Virus record (IMG/VR): IMGVR_UViG_3300044617_002354
Length of the DNA: 64,000 bases
Source of the DNA: an uncultured virus (IMG/VR IMGVR_UViG_3300044617_002354)
Taxonomy: Duplodnaviria > Heunggongvirae > Uroviricota > Caudoviricetes
Reading direction: 5' to 3' (one strand)
Below the pieces are notes generated by a model. That model was not told the DNA's origin and made no database searches. It saw only the letters and a list, made by a program, of their open reading frames with translations. The stretch's first letter is position 1; each line of letters opens with the position of its first letter. Shown in pieces: positions 1 to 8,606 of the stretch. A program made the position numbers and the translations under genes.

Positions 1-943
1 CTTTACCTGGTATTGAAAGCACGGTTTCTGAGTGGGTTCCGGGTGGGATAATTAAATTATATACTTCGTTAATACCGCTTATATCTATTTCTCCGCCTAA
101 GGTTGCAGTAACAAAAGGCACATTTACATTGCATTTTAAATTTAAATTTTCTCTTGTGTAAAAAGCATGCTGTAAAACCGCGATATTACAATAAAGATCT
201 CCAGGTGGCCCTCCTCTCCTACCTATTGAGCCACCACCCGGCATACGCAGTTGTGTAGCAGTCTCTACCCCTATAGGTATCTTTATTCGAACAATATGAG
301 CTCCTTCTACTCTACCTTCTCCGTTACAATGCTCGCACGGGGTAATAATTATTACCCCACCGCCACCACAAGCCGGGCACGTCTGAGAAACGTGAAACGG
401 GCCATGAATAATATTTACCGAACCACGACCTTGGCAAGTAGTACAAGTTTGCGGTGAGTTTCCGTTTGCACTACCAGTCCCTGTACACTTAGGGCATTTA
501 CTGTGTTTTGTGTAATGTATTTCTTTTTCTGTTCCGTTATATACTTCTTCTAAAGTTATCGAAAGTGTGCACTGTAAATCTTCTCCTTGGGTGGGACCGG
601 TTCGGTTATTTGATCTAGCAGCTCGACCGCTACGAAAAAATTGTGCAAACGGATCAAACCCCATACCGCCAAACGGATCAAACCCCATACCGCCAAACGG
701 GTTATTATTTTGATTTGAAGCTCCAACCCCCGCGTGTCCAAAACGATCGTAAGCAGAGCGCTTGTCAGGGTCCATTAAAACTTCATAAGCTTCATTTATC
801 TCTTTAAACGTTTCTTCAGAATCCTTCTTACCTAAGTTTTTATCGGGATGATATACTTGAGCTAATTTTCTAAAGCTTTTTTTAATATCACTTTCTGTTG
901 CAGAACGCGGTACGTTTAATAATTCGTAGTAATCTTTTTTCAT
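1..943 (-). CDS. dnaJ: DnaJ chaperone, type I (truncated by the left window edge)
   Basis: Not in the ORF track because no stop falls in the window. Manual translation from ATG at 943: MKKDYYELLNVPRSATESDIKKSFRKLAQVYHPDKN (HPD), a G/F-rich region, four CxxCxGxG motifs (CPKCTGTG, CTTCQGRG, CPACGGGG, CEHCNGEG) and GGPPGDLY. Confidence 0.93.
   Translation of the reverse strand, partial: MKKDYYELLNVPRSATESDIKKSFRKLAQVYHPDKNLGKKDSEETFKEINEAYEVLMDPDKRSAYDRFGHAGVGASNQNNNPFGGMGFDPFGGMGFDPFAQFFRSGRAARSNNRTGPTQGEDLQCTLSITLEEVYNGTEKEIHYTKHSKCPKCTGTGSANGNSPQTCTTCQGRGSVNIIHGPFHVSQTCPACGGGGVIIITPCEHCNGEGRVEGAHIVRIKIPIGVETATQLRMPGGGSIGRRGGPPGDLYCNIAVLQHAFYTRENLNLKCNVNVPFVTATLGGEIDISGINEVYNLIIPPGTHSETVLSIPGK
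646..700. repeat. 24-bp direct tandem repeat (2 copies plus a partial) in the dnaJ G/F region
   Basis: caaacggatcaaaccccataccgc x2, encoding GGMGFDPF twice on the minus strand. Confidence 0.9.
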
Positions 944-982
944 TAAAGAGTTGTTTTATTATATAAGAGATTTTTTCAATAA

Positions 983-1711
983 CTACACTAAATTAACATC
1001 GCCTTGTTCGTGTAATATGCCACTTAAATCCACTAAACCTCTTACTTTTATGGAAATATAAAGATTTCCGTAAAAATTAGTTTCTAAATCCGGTAACCCC
1101 ATATTAGGGAGTGTAATTACGGGTGGGTGATTCGGGGTTATATGTAGTTTTCGCACCCCATCAAACCACGGAAAATTAACTGTACCGCCTGTAATGGTGT
1201 GTATGTATGGTATCGTAACTTCACAAAATAAATCTCTACCCTCTCGGGTAAAAATAGGGTGAGGTATTACTTTTATTTTTATAAAAAATCCCGGTACTTG
1301 AGAATTACCAGGCACTGTGAGTATTTGTCCGTGGTAAACACCTTTTGGAATTATAACAGGGCACATTATTGGTGCCTGTTTGTAACTTGTAATAAGAATT
1401 TGTTTTTTACACCCAAAGTAAACTTCCTCTAAAGTAATATCAATAGAAAAAACAGTATCAGATGTAGGTGGTGGTGGGGGAGCAGTAAATTTAGGAAAGG
1501 AGGTGTTTAGTGCGTCGTAAGAAGCTCTTTTTTGAGAGTCTGATAAACATTCATAGGCTTCATTGATCTCTTTTATTTTGTTGTTAAAATAATCTGTATC
1601 TTTATTTCGATCTGGATGGTACTTTACAACTAATTTTCTATAGCTTTTTTTTATTTCTAAAAATGTTGCAGTCTTTTTTACATTTAATATTTCATAAAAA
1701 CACTTTTTCAT
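983..1711 (-). CDS. DnaJ/CbpA-like co-chaperone (J domain plus C-terminal domain, no zinc finger)
   Basis: KYHPDRN J domain, FKEINEAY-like motif, C-terminal PHPIFTREGRDL and GNLYI. Confidence 0.88.
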   Translation of the reverse strand: MKKCFYEILNVKKTATFLEIKKSYRKLVVKYHPDRNKDTDYFNNKIKEINEAYECLSDSQKRASYDALNTSFPKFTAPPPPPTSDTVFSIDITLEEVYFGCKKQILITSYKQAPIMCPVIIPKGVYHGQILTVPGNSQVPGFFIKIKVIPHPIFTREGRDLFCEVTIPYIHTITGGTVNFPWFDGVRKLHITPNHPPVITLPNMGLPDLETNFYGNLYISIKVRGLVDLSGILHEQGDVNLV

Positions 1712-1766
1712 AAAAAAAATATTATTGTCTATTTATAAACAAACTTTAATAAATAAATACATTACA

Positions 1767-2309
1767 GTGAAAACTCTCGTCGTACACCCTAAAGATCATA
1801 CAACGGACTTTTTAAAGCCTATTTATAAAACAGTTATTAATCCGTATGTGATAACCGGTGGTGTAGATGATTTAAAAATTAAACAGTATTTAAAAGATAG
1901 TGACCGAGCTTTAATGATGGGTCACGGCAGCCCTGGTGGGTTATTTAGTATAGGTAAATTTAAAACAGGGACATACGCTATCGGTCCGTGGTGTGTGGAC
2001 GAGCTTCAACCTAAAACTGAAAATGTTTATATATGGTGTAACGCGGATAAATTTGTTAACCAATACAAATTAAAAGGGTTTTACTCTGGTATGTTTATTA
2101 GTGAAGTTTCTGAGGCAATTTTTTGTGGGTTAGATAATGTCTCTCAAGATGAAGTTACGGAATCAAATGAAGTTTTTTCAGTTTTGTTAGGAGAAGTAAT
2201 AAACTTACCAAAAGCTAAATTATATAAATCAATAAAAGATAGGTATGGTGAGCTTGCTAAAAAAAACCCAGTTGCTGCATATAACTGGAAGAGATTGTAC
2301 GTGGCTTAG
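1767..2309 (+). CDS. hypothetical protein, possible caspase/gingipain-like (clan CD) fold
   Basis: ORF track 1725..2309. The in-frame GTG at 1767 follows AATAAATA and is the likelier start. LMMGHGS and YIWCNA motifs. Confidence 0.45.
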   Translation: MKTLVVHPKDHTTDFLKPIYKTVINPYVITGGVDDLKIKQYLKDSDRALMMGHGSPGGLFSIGKFKTGTYAIGPWCVDELQPKTENVYIWCNADKFVNQYKLKGFYSGMFISEVSEAIFCGLDNVSQDEVTESNEVFSVLLGEVINLPKAKLYKSIKDRYGELAKKNPVAAYNWKRLYVA

Positions 2310-2653
2310 TGTTTTAAAAAAATAATATTCTTTTCGTTATCGGGTATCATATCGCTCGTTATAGTTTTTATATAAGGCGTTACATTTCGTAAATAACTAT
2401 GTATTTTTTTAGAAATATTTTCTTGAGAAGTTCCTTCTCTTTTTAACTGAGCAGCAGCAGCCCTATAAATAGCCCAATTATTTGAGGCAAGTGGTTTTGT
2501 TTCAATATACCACGTATTTTTTTTAGTTGTATCAGCTAAAATAACGCGTTTTATAACGTTTTTATAATTAAAGGGGTAACGAGGCGGTAAATCAAAACCC
2601 TCTAAACCTTCTCCTTCTTGCAAAACCTCTTTTACGGTTTTAATAAAGTCCAT
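2306..2653 (-). CDS. hypothetical late protein
   Basis: 115-aa ORF with CATAAGTA on the minus strand (2660-2667) just upstream. Confidence 0.6.
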   Translation of the reverse strand: MDFIKTVKEVLQEGEGLEGFDLPPRYPFNYKNVIKRVILADTTKKNTWYIETKPLASNNWAIYRAAAAQLKREGTSQENISKKIHSYLRNVTPYIKTITSDMIPDNEKNIIFLKH

Positions 2654-2693
2654 AAAATATACTTATGTGCTTGTAAAAAAAACCTTTAAGTAG

Positions 2694-2701
2694 CATAAAT
2701 A
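2694..2701 (+). promoter_or_regulatory. T4-like late promoter (representative of many)
   Basis: CATAAATA. NATAA(A/G)TA also at 3467, 5327, 7469, 8594, 13862, 14065, 20876, 23600, 23674 and 24935 (+), and 2660, 28128, 32004 and 33922 (-); gp55 is present. Confidence 0.75.
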
Positions 2702-2711
2702 ATATTACATT

Positions 2712-3077
2712 ATGGCTACTATTTTTACAAAAGATCTAACACATGTTACAGCTGTGCCTGGGCAAAACACAACGTTTAGTGTAAATGTTTCTTCAGATTT
2801 TGCGGCTAATTACACATATCAGTGGAAATTAGGTACAAATTTAATACCCAACTCTAACTCTAACTCGTATTTTATCGATCCTTTGTTAACAGATAACAGT
2901 AAGGTTTTTAGCGTTAGTGTATCTGCATTAAACGGTAGTACAGTAGTTGATATAATCGACTCTTTTGCTGCTACTCTTACAGTGCAGGAAGATGCCCCGC
3001 CTTTTGATAAGTTTGATCAAGGTAAAGAAACAGGTAGAGAGCGTTTTCGTAGATTAAGACTACTTGGTTACATTTAA
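2712..3077 (+). CDS. Ig-like domain protein, possible virion decoration
   Basis: GQNTTFSV..YTYQW..Y.I..L..D..FSVSV Ig-fold pattern; late promoter at 2694. Confidence 0.6.
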   Translation: MATIFTKDLTHVTAVPGQNTTFSVNVSSDFAANYTYQWKLGTNLIPNSNSNSYFIDPLLTDNSKVFSVSVSALNGSTVVDIIDSFAATLTVQEDAPPFDKFDQGKETGRERFRRLRLLGYI

Positions 3078-3386
3078 TTTTGTAGTTTCTTCGTATCTCT
3101 TAACTGTTTCAATTAGCGCACCGATATATGGTATTAAATCAATAGCTGTATCGTGTTTATATCCTCCCGCAAAACGAGAGTATTTTTGATCTATAAAACA
3201 AGCTAAAGCTATTGCTTTAACTGCTTCTTCTTGTACATCTTTATCAGTTATTTGCTTAATAATCGCTCTCGTGAGATGCCAACAACCTACTTTACCCCAA
3301 GTATCTGAATATTGTGATCCTCTTTCATGCATTGTCTTTGCTGCTTCTTTTAAAGAGGTTGATGCTTTTTCTATAAAATCGTTCAC
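3060..3386 (-). CDS. DUF1599/Nmad1-like (nucleotide-modification-associated) protein
   Basis: ERGSQYSDTW...DQKYSR...DTAIDLIPY pattern. Start moved to GTG 3386, downstream of a TTGAAA-N16-TATTAT promoter (track ORF starts at 3422). Confidence 0.5.
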   Translation of the reverse strand: MNDFIEKASTSLKEAAKTMHERGSQYSDTWGKVGCWHLTRAIIKQITDKDVQEEAVKAIALACFIDQKYSRFAGGYKHDTAIDLIPYIGALIETVKRYEETTKLNVTK

Positions 3387-3481
3387 AAGTTTATATAATA
3401 ATAAGAAAAAAAGTTTTTTCAATAAAAAACTTTAAATGCTTTATATTTGCGAAGACTAAAAAAAATAATAAGTAAAACAAT

Positions 3482-5320
3482 ATGACTGGTGATATTTTTG
3501 AATTTTTAAGTAGTACTTCTTCTACTATTTCACCGGACAAAAAAGCAAGAGTTGAAGCTTTATTACAATACGCAAAGTATATACGTGTTATTAATATTAA
3601 CACTGATAAAACCAACAAAGATTGTGATGTTGAATTTTATAACACAAACATAGAAGACTGGGAGGGTACCCCGTATTATAGTGTAATTGAAGAAATTTTA
3701 AGTTACGCTGATATATTCGATTATATACAACTCGATATACAGATAGATATAGGTAACTCAATACAACAAGAAAACAATAAATTTATTTTACAAGAAAACG
3801 GTTACTATATAGAGCTTGAACCAACAAGGACACCTGCGCCGACTAAAATAACACCAACCCCAACACCTACAAGAACGCCCACTGTCACCCCAACTATCAC
3901 ACGAACGACGACACCTACACCCACTCAAACCCCAACACCTACAAGCACTATACCGCCACCGTGCGATTTAACATACGAGCTTTTACCGACTCCAACACCA
4001 ACACCGCCGCCGGTTTTAAATGTTATTACAAGTATTGTAAACGCACCAGTAACTGAAATAACATTTGAAACGACTGACCCAGATAATGATAATGCTGTTG
4101 TCTCGTTACAACAATATATTGGCGGAGAAATTAATTTTGGCGCTCAAAACTTACCATATCGAATTATAGACCCTCAGTTTAGCTATGCAGGTACCTATAA
4201 ATTTGAATTTCCTAATAATCAAATACGCACTTCTACGGTGAGAGCTGAAAACCGTATTTTTGTTACCGCTCTCGTAAAACCAGGTTCTGTTATTGTAGAG
4301 TATACAGCTCAAGCAGATTACGCTGTACATACCCCAACAGTCATAAGCTTTTTACAAACATTTACAGATATTCATAACAATGTTGAAGTTTTAACTGCGA
4401 ATATTGTTATTCCGATTTCTAACACAATAGGTACACAGACTATTACCATACCGCATCTTAACTACCAAGACCTTTATCAAGTTGTGTTTATTGATAAAAT
4501 CTCCGTGACACCAGAACAAACATATTTTTTAAATAATTCCGTTAGTGTTGTTTCGTTTTTTACAACTCCAACACCTACACCCACTGTCACTTCAACCCGT
4601 ACAACGCCAACCCCCACACCCACCCAAGTAACTCCTACACCCACGCTTACCGTCACCCCGACACCCGAAACACCAACACCGACACCTACCCAAATAACCC
4701 CGACCCCTACACCTACTGTCACCTCAACACCACCGATAACCCCAACACCGACCCCTTCTACAACACCGTCCTGTACGCCTACTAGACCAGTAGTACAGTT
4801 ACGATACAATATCGGGGAACCAGAAGATGCATGTATTGCAGGGATAATATTAACTGATCCGTTATTACATGGTTCTGATACAATCTGCGATGCATTATAT
4901 GTGTTTGCTCCAGAGTTTGCGTCTCTCGATGTGTACGAAACTGTTACTATAACCGATGGTACATATAAAAGAGTAGCAGAAATTGTACAAGATATTCACA
5001 CCTACACGAAAAGAGCTTGGTTTATTAATACCTGTTCTTTATGCCCACCTCCTCCATCTCAAACTCCATCTCAAACCCCTACAATAACCCCTACAATAAC
5101 CCCGGTCCCGACCCAAACCCCGTCCCAAACCCCAAACACAACCCCAACTGTGACCCCAACGGTGATAGAGAAAGGTATTGTAACATTTACAGGGGAGCAA
5201 ATTTATACTTTTGATGGTATACCTATATACCCCTTCGGGTTACAAATAACTCAAAACATCGTAACCTTTACAAGTGAACAAATAATTACATTTGATATTA
5301 TTAATATTGTAAAAATATAA
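3482..5320 (+). CDS. Pro/Thr-rich (mucin-like) multidomain virion protein
   Basis: Three TP-repeat tracts; N-terminal domain paralogous to 14083..16995; AATAAGTA late promoter at 3467. Confidence 0.7.
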   Translation: MTGDIFEFLSSTSSTISPDKKARVEALLQYAKYIRVININTDKTNKDCDVEFYNTNIEDWEGTPYYSVIEEILSYADIFDYIQLDIQIDIGNSIQQENNKFILQENGYYIELEPTRTPAPTKITPTPTPTRTPTVTPTITRTTTPTPTQTPTPTSTIPPPCDLTYELLPTPTPTPPPVLNVITSIVNAPVTEITFETTDPDNDNAVVSLQQYIGGEINFGAQNLPYRIIDPQFSYAGTYKFEFPNNQIRTSTVRAENRIFVTALVKPGSVIVEYTAQADYAVHTPTVISFLQTFTDIHNNVEVLTANIVIPISNTIGTQTITIPHLNYQDLYQVVFIDKISVTPEQTYFLNNSVSVVSFFTTPTPTPTVTSTRTTPTPTPTQVTPTPTLTVTPTPETPTPTPTQITPTPTPTVTSTPPITPTPTPSTTPSCTPTRPVVQLRYNIGEPEDACIAGIILTDPLLHGSDTICDALYVFAPEFASLDVYETVTITDGTYKRVAEIVQDIHTYTKRAWFINTCSLCPPPPSQTPSQTPTITPTITPVPTQTPSQTPNTTPTVTPTVIEKGIVTFTGEQIYTFDGIPIYPFGLQITQNIVTFTSEQIITFDIINIVKI

Positions 5321-5339
5321 AAATAACATAAATAAATTT

Positions 5340-7070
5340 ATGCCTGTTAATTTTAGTGATTTTTCTTCAAGTCCAACGATTAGTGATACTGATCAAATAG
5401 TAGGATACGCTATACCGCACGCTGCGGGTGAGAGACGATGGTCTTTTAGCACGCTTTCGAATACTGTTAGAAATAATGTAATTACAACAATTAATAACAC
5501 ATTATCTCAATCTCTTACAGGTACAACCGGTATGTATCGAGTAAGAAAGCTTGCAGATAGTATAATGAATCAAAATTATGTTGGAGCTGCTGTGACTATC
5601 GATGAAGAAGTTATTATTTGGGGTAATTTAGATACATATCAAACCGGTCACTACTGGTATACGGTTGCTGCAACTCCAGACAACGCAATTGCTATACCTT
5701 TCTTAGATGGTCCTAATAATAGTAGTTTAGATTCTCGGACTAGAGTTGTAAACCTTAAAAGAGAAAATAAAACTATACTCCAACTTCATCATGCATGGTT
5801 ACAGACTATGGTTCTTGTAAGTGACGGTACAGTGTGGTCTCGAGCGTACACACAGACAGCATACGCTCCAGGGTGGAGTGCTGCAGAGCTTACTAATACA
5901 GTTATTAAATATCCAACAGCACTCTATAGAATAACCCAATGGGATTGGACAAACCCTGCAAGAGCTAACAAGATCGTGGATATACAGCTTTTACCGGTGG
6001 AAGGCGAGAACACGTTTGCAACTTGGGGAGCTTTAGACGACGCAGGAGATTTTCACTTATGGGGGTATATGAATCCTTTTTGGGGTGGTGCTGATCGGTA
6101 TGCTACCCCTCAAAATTTAACTAAAGGTACAGCTTTACAGGGTAGAATCGTGCAATTTCAAATTAGCGGTCTCAATGGCTATAGATCGGTACAAGTTGTT
6201 ACGAATACTAACGAAATTTGGAGCTTCGGTTACAATGGATATGGGCAGTTAGGCAATGATACTACAACTAATCAAACTACCTGGGTGAGAGCACAAGCCG
6301 CCGCCACCCCGACAAGTACCACAAAAGCCCCAATCAGTAATGTTTTAAAACTTGTAAAACAAAGAAACACAAATTACACAAACTTTGGTTATATTTCTCG
6401 GGTATCAGGTACTCAAAACACACTTTTTGTTAGTGGCTGGGAAAACGATACATATTCTGTAAAATCAACTGCTTCTACAAATAATGTTTACATTGCAGCT
6501 ACAAATGGTACTTCCCCTGTTAATGATTTAATTGAAGAAGCTGTAATGAACGGTAGAAGCGGTTACCCAGGTATAATTTATAGAACCGCGTCAGGTAGAG
6601 TATTTGCAGGCGGGACAAATAGTTGGGGAGAGTTAGGTGTTGCAAGCACGACACCAGGACCAACATTCACCGAGGTTGATGTTATACATCCTGTTACTGG
6701 TGCGAAAGTAAAATTTGGTTCTTCTTCCGGTCTTATCGCTACTCAAATAATAACCGGTGACGCAGATAATGCAAACGCAACCGGTATCCTTGCTACCGAT
6801 AGCGCGGGTTTAGCAGGGTTTAAATATCTATTTTTAACAGGGTATAGAACACTGGTTAATTTTGATGATTTCGCACAATCTTTATTTGTGTTTACCCCTA
6901 TAAGTCTTAAAGAGTCTGTTGAAGAAGTATTATTTGGTTTTGATAGACAAAATCATCAATTTACCTTTATACGTTGCGCGGGTGGTAGAGTGTATGGGTT
7001 AGGGTATAGTGCGTCTGGTAACATTCAAAACTATAATGGGTGGGTATCTCTACCTCAACCTATTTTTTAA
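5340..7070 (+). CDS. RCC1-like beta-propeller tail/adhesin protein
   Basis: WSFGYNGYGQLG and FAGGTNSWGELG RCC1 motifs; followed by a fibre assembly chaperone. Confidence 0.7.
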   Translation: MPVNFSDFSSSPTISDTDQIVGYAIPHAAGERRWSFSTLSNTVRNNVITTINNTLSQSLTGTTGMYRVRKLADSIMNQNYVGAAVTIDEEVIIWGNLDTYQTGHYWYTVAATPDNAIAIPFLDGPNNSSLDSRTRVVNLKRENKTILQLHHAWLQTMVLVSDGTVWSRAYTQTAYAPGWSAAELTNTVIKYPTALYRITQWDWTNPARANKIVDIQLLPVEGENTFATWGALDDAGDFHLWGYMNPFWGGADRYATPQNLTKGTALQGRIVQFQISGLNGYRSVQVVTNTNEIWSFGYNGYGQLGNDTTTNQTTWVRAQAAATPTSTTKAPISNVLKLVKQRNTNYTNFGYISRVSGTQNTLFVSGWENDTYSVKSTASTNNVYIAATNGTSPVNDLIEEAVMNGRSGYPGIIYRTASGRVFAGGTNSWGELGVASTTPGPTFTEVDVIHPVTGAKVKFGSSSGLIATQIITGDADNANATGILATDSAGLAGFKYLFLTGYRTLVNFDDFAQSLFVFTPISLKESVEEVLFGFDRQNHQFTFIRCAGGRVYGLGYSASGNIQNYNGWVSLPQPIF

Positions 7071-7074
7071 TTTT

Positions 7075-7467
7075 ATGAAAAACGCTTATATTATAGATAT
7101 AAACAGTAAACTCGTTGGAAAAACTGTGTTAAATGATGATGAAGAGATACCGCAAAATATAGTTTTACTACCTCCTCCTCGTCATGATATCGATAATGAA
7201 GTACCTGTTTGGAACGGTACAGAGTGGGTAATTGAATTAACGGAAGACGGTTTAAAGCATTTTTTTAATAACGCTCGAGAAAAAAGAAATAGACTACTAC
7301 AAAGCACTGATTGGACTCAGTTACCAGATACAAACTTGACAAATGAAAAAAAAGACATCTATAAAGGTTATAGACAGAGTTTAAGAGATATGTTTACGGG
7401 TGTTACTGAAGCAACAAAGCTTAAATGGCCTTCATTACCGTTTACAGATGAGACATCTGTAGAATGA
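7075..7467 (+). CDS. tail fibre assembly chaperone
   Basis: PVWNGTEW and REKRNRLLQSTDWTQLPD...YRQSLRD...WP; probable start ATG 7075. Confidence 0.85.
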   Translation: MKNAYIIDINSKLVGKTVLNDDEEIPQNIVLLPPPRHDIDNEVPVWNGTEWVIELTEDGLKHFFNNAREKRNRLLQSTDWTQLPDTNLTNEKKDIYKGYRQSLRDMFTGVTEATKLKWPSLPFTDETSVE

Positions 7468-7485
7468 GTATAAATATGTTAACAG

Positions 7486-8574
7486 ATGTCTCAAACAATA
7501 CGGTTTAATTCTTTTTTCCATGCAGGAGAAGTAGCAGAAGCTATTTTTTTACCAGCGGCTGGTGGTCCACCAACGCTTTTTGGAGAAGTTACTTTACCGT
7601 GGGATTATACACCAGTTACCCCCTTATATTCCGGAGAATATCGGTTTACGTTTCAGCGATATAATCGCGTATGCACTGTCAATATAACTGCTCCTACACC
7701 AACACCTACCCCTACACCCACCAGAACACCAGCACCTACCCCTACACCCACCAGAACACCAGCACCGACCCCAACTCCAACCCTCACTCATACCACTACA
7801 CCGACGCCTACTCTTACTAAAACCTCTACCACCACCCCGACTCCAACTCTTACAAGAACTGTAACCCCGACACCGACTCTTACAAGAACCGTAACGCCAA
7901 CTCCAACCCCTACCTTTGTATCTTTAATAGGTACTAACTCGACGTATATCGGTTTTGGCGCTTCAACTGGTCTTGCTACAGATACGCATCAAGTTCATGA
8001 TTTTTATTTTAATAGCCCGTACCAGACAATTGATTATAATACATTTTTAACAAATTTAACACTTAATGGCACAGCTCAAGTTTTCCCACCAACATTAAGG
8101 TTAACATCTAACAATACATTACTTGTAGGTAATGCTTGGTACACACAACCTATTAGATATATAGATAATTCCGGTAATTTATTAGACTGGTCTGTATATT
8201 TTTCATTTTTTATAGGTAATGGAACCGGGTCAGATGGGTTGACGTTTATACTACAAAGTAATAATTTAACTACTCTTGGTGGTGTCGGGGGTAGTATGGG
8301 TTATGGTAGTATTGCAAACAGCGTGGGTATTGGATATGATACATACTTCAACGCCGGGGCAGATAGTCAAAGCAATCAAATTGAAATAAACGCAAACGGT
8401 AATATGAATTCTCTTGTAAAAATTACTGAACCGTTATCGTTTAGAGGTACGCCTTATAAACACACATGGATCGATTATATCTCTGGTGTTTTTTATATAT
8501 ATTTTTCACATACAAATGTTAAGCCCGTAACGCCGAGCTTGACATACGCCCTCGATATTCGAAACTATGTTTAA
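7486..8574 (+). CDS. Pro/Thr-linker protein with C-terminal legume (L-type) lectin-like domain
   Basis: [39 protein letters not shown] and YIGFGASTG motifs. Confidence 0.78.
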   Translation: MSQTIRFNSFFHAGEVAEAIFLPAAGGPPTLFGEVTLPWDYTPVTPLYSGEYRFTFQRYNRVCTVNITAPTPTPTPTPTRTPAPTPTPTRTPAPTPTPTLTHTTTPTPTLTKTSTTTPTPTLTRTVTPTPTLTRTVTPTPTPTFVSLIGTNSTYIGFGASTGLATDTHQVHDFYFNSPYQTIDYNTFLTNLTLNGTAQVFPPTLRLTSNNTLLVGNAWYTQPIRYIDNSGNLLDWSVYFSFFIGNGTGSDGLTFILQSNNLTTLGGVGGSMGYGSIANSVGIGYDTYFNAGADSQSNQIEINANGNMNSLVKITEPLSFRGTPYKHTWIDYISGVFYIYFSHTNVKPVTPSLTYALDIRNYV

Positions 8575-8606
8575 ATAGAGGGTTTAAATAAGTAATAAGT
8601 ACAAAC

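Noticed and set aside
251..741. Track ORFs 251..457 (+) and 556..741 (-)
   Set aside because: Both overlap the real dnaJ frame (943 to the left edge)
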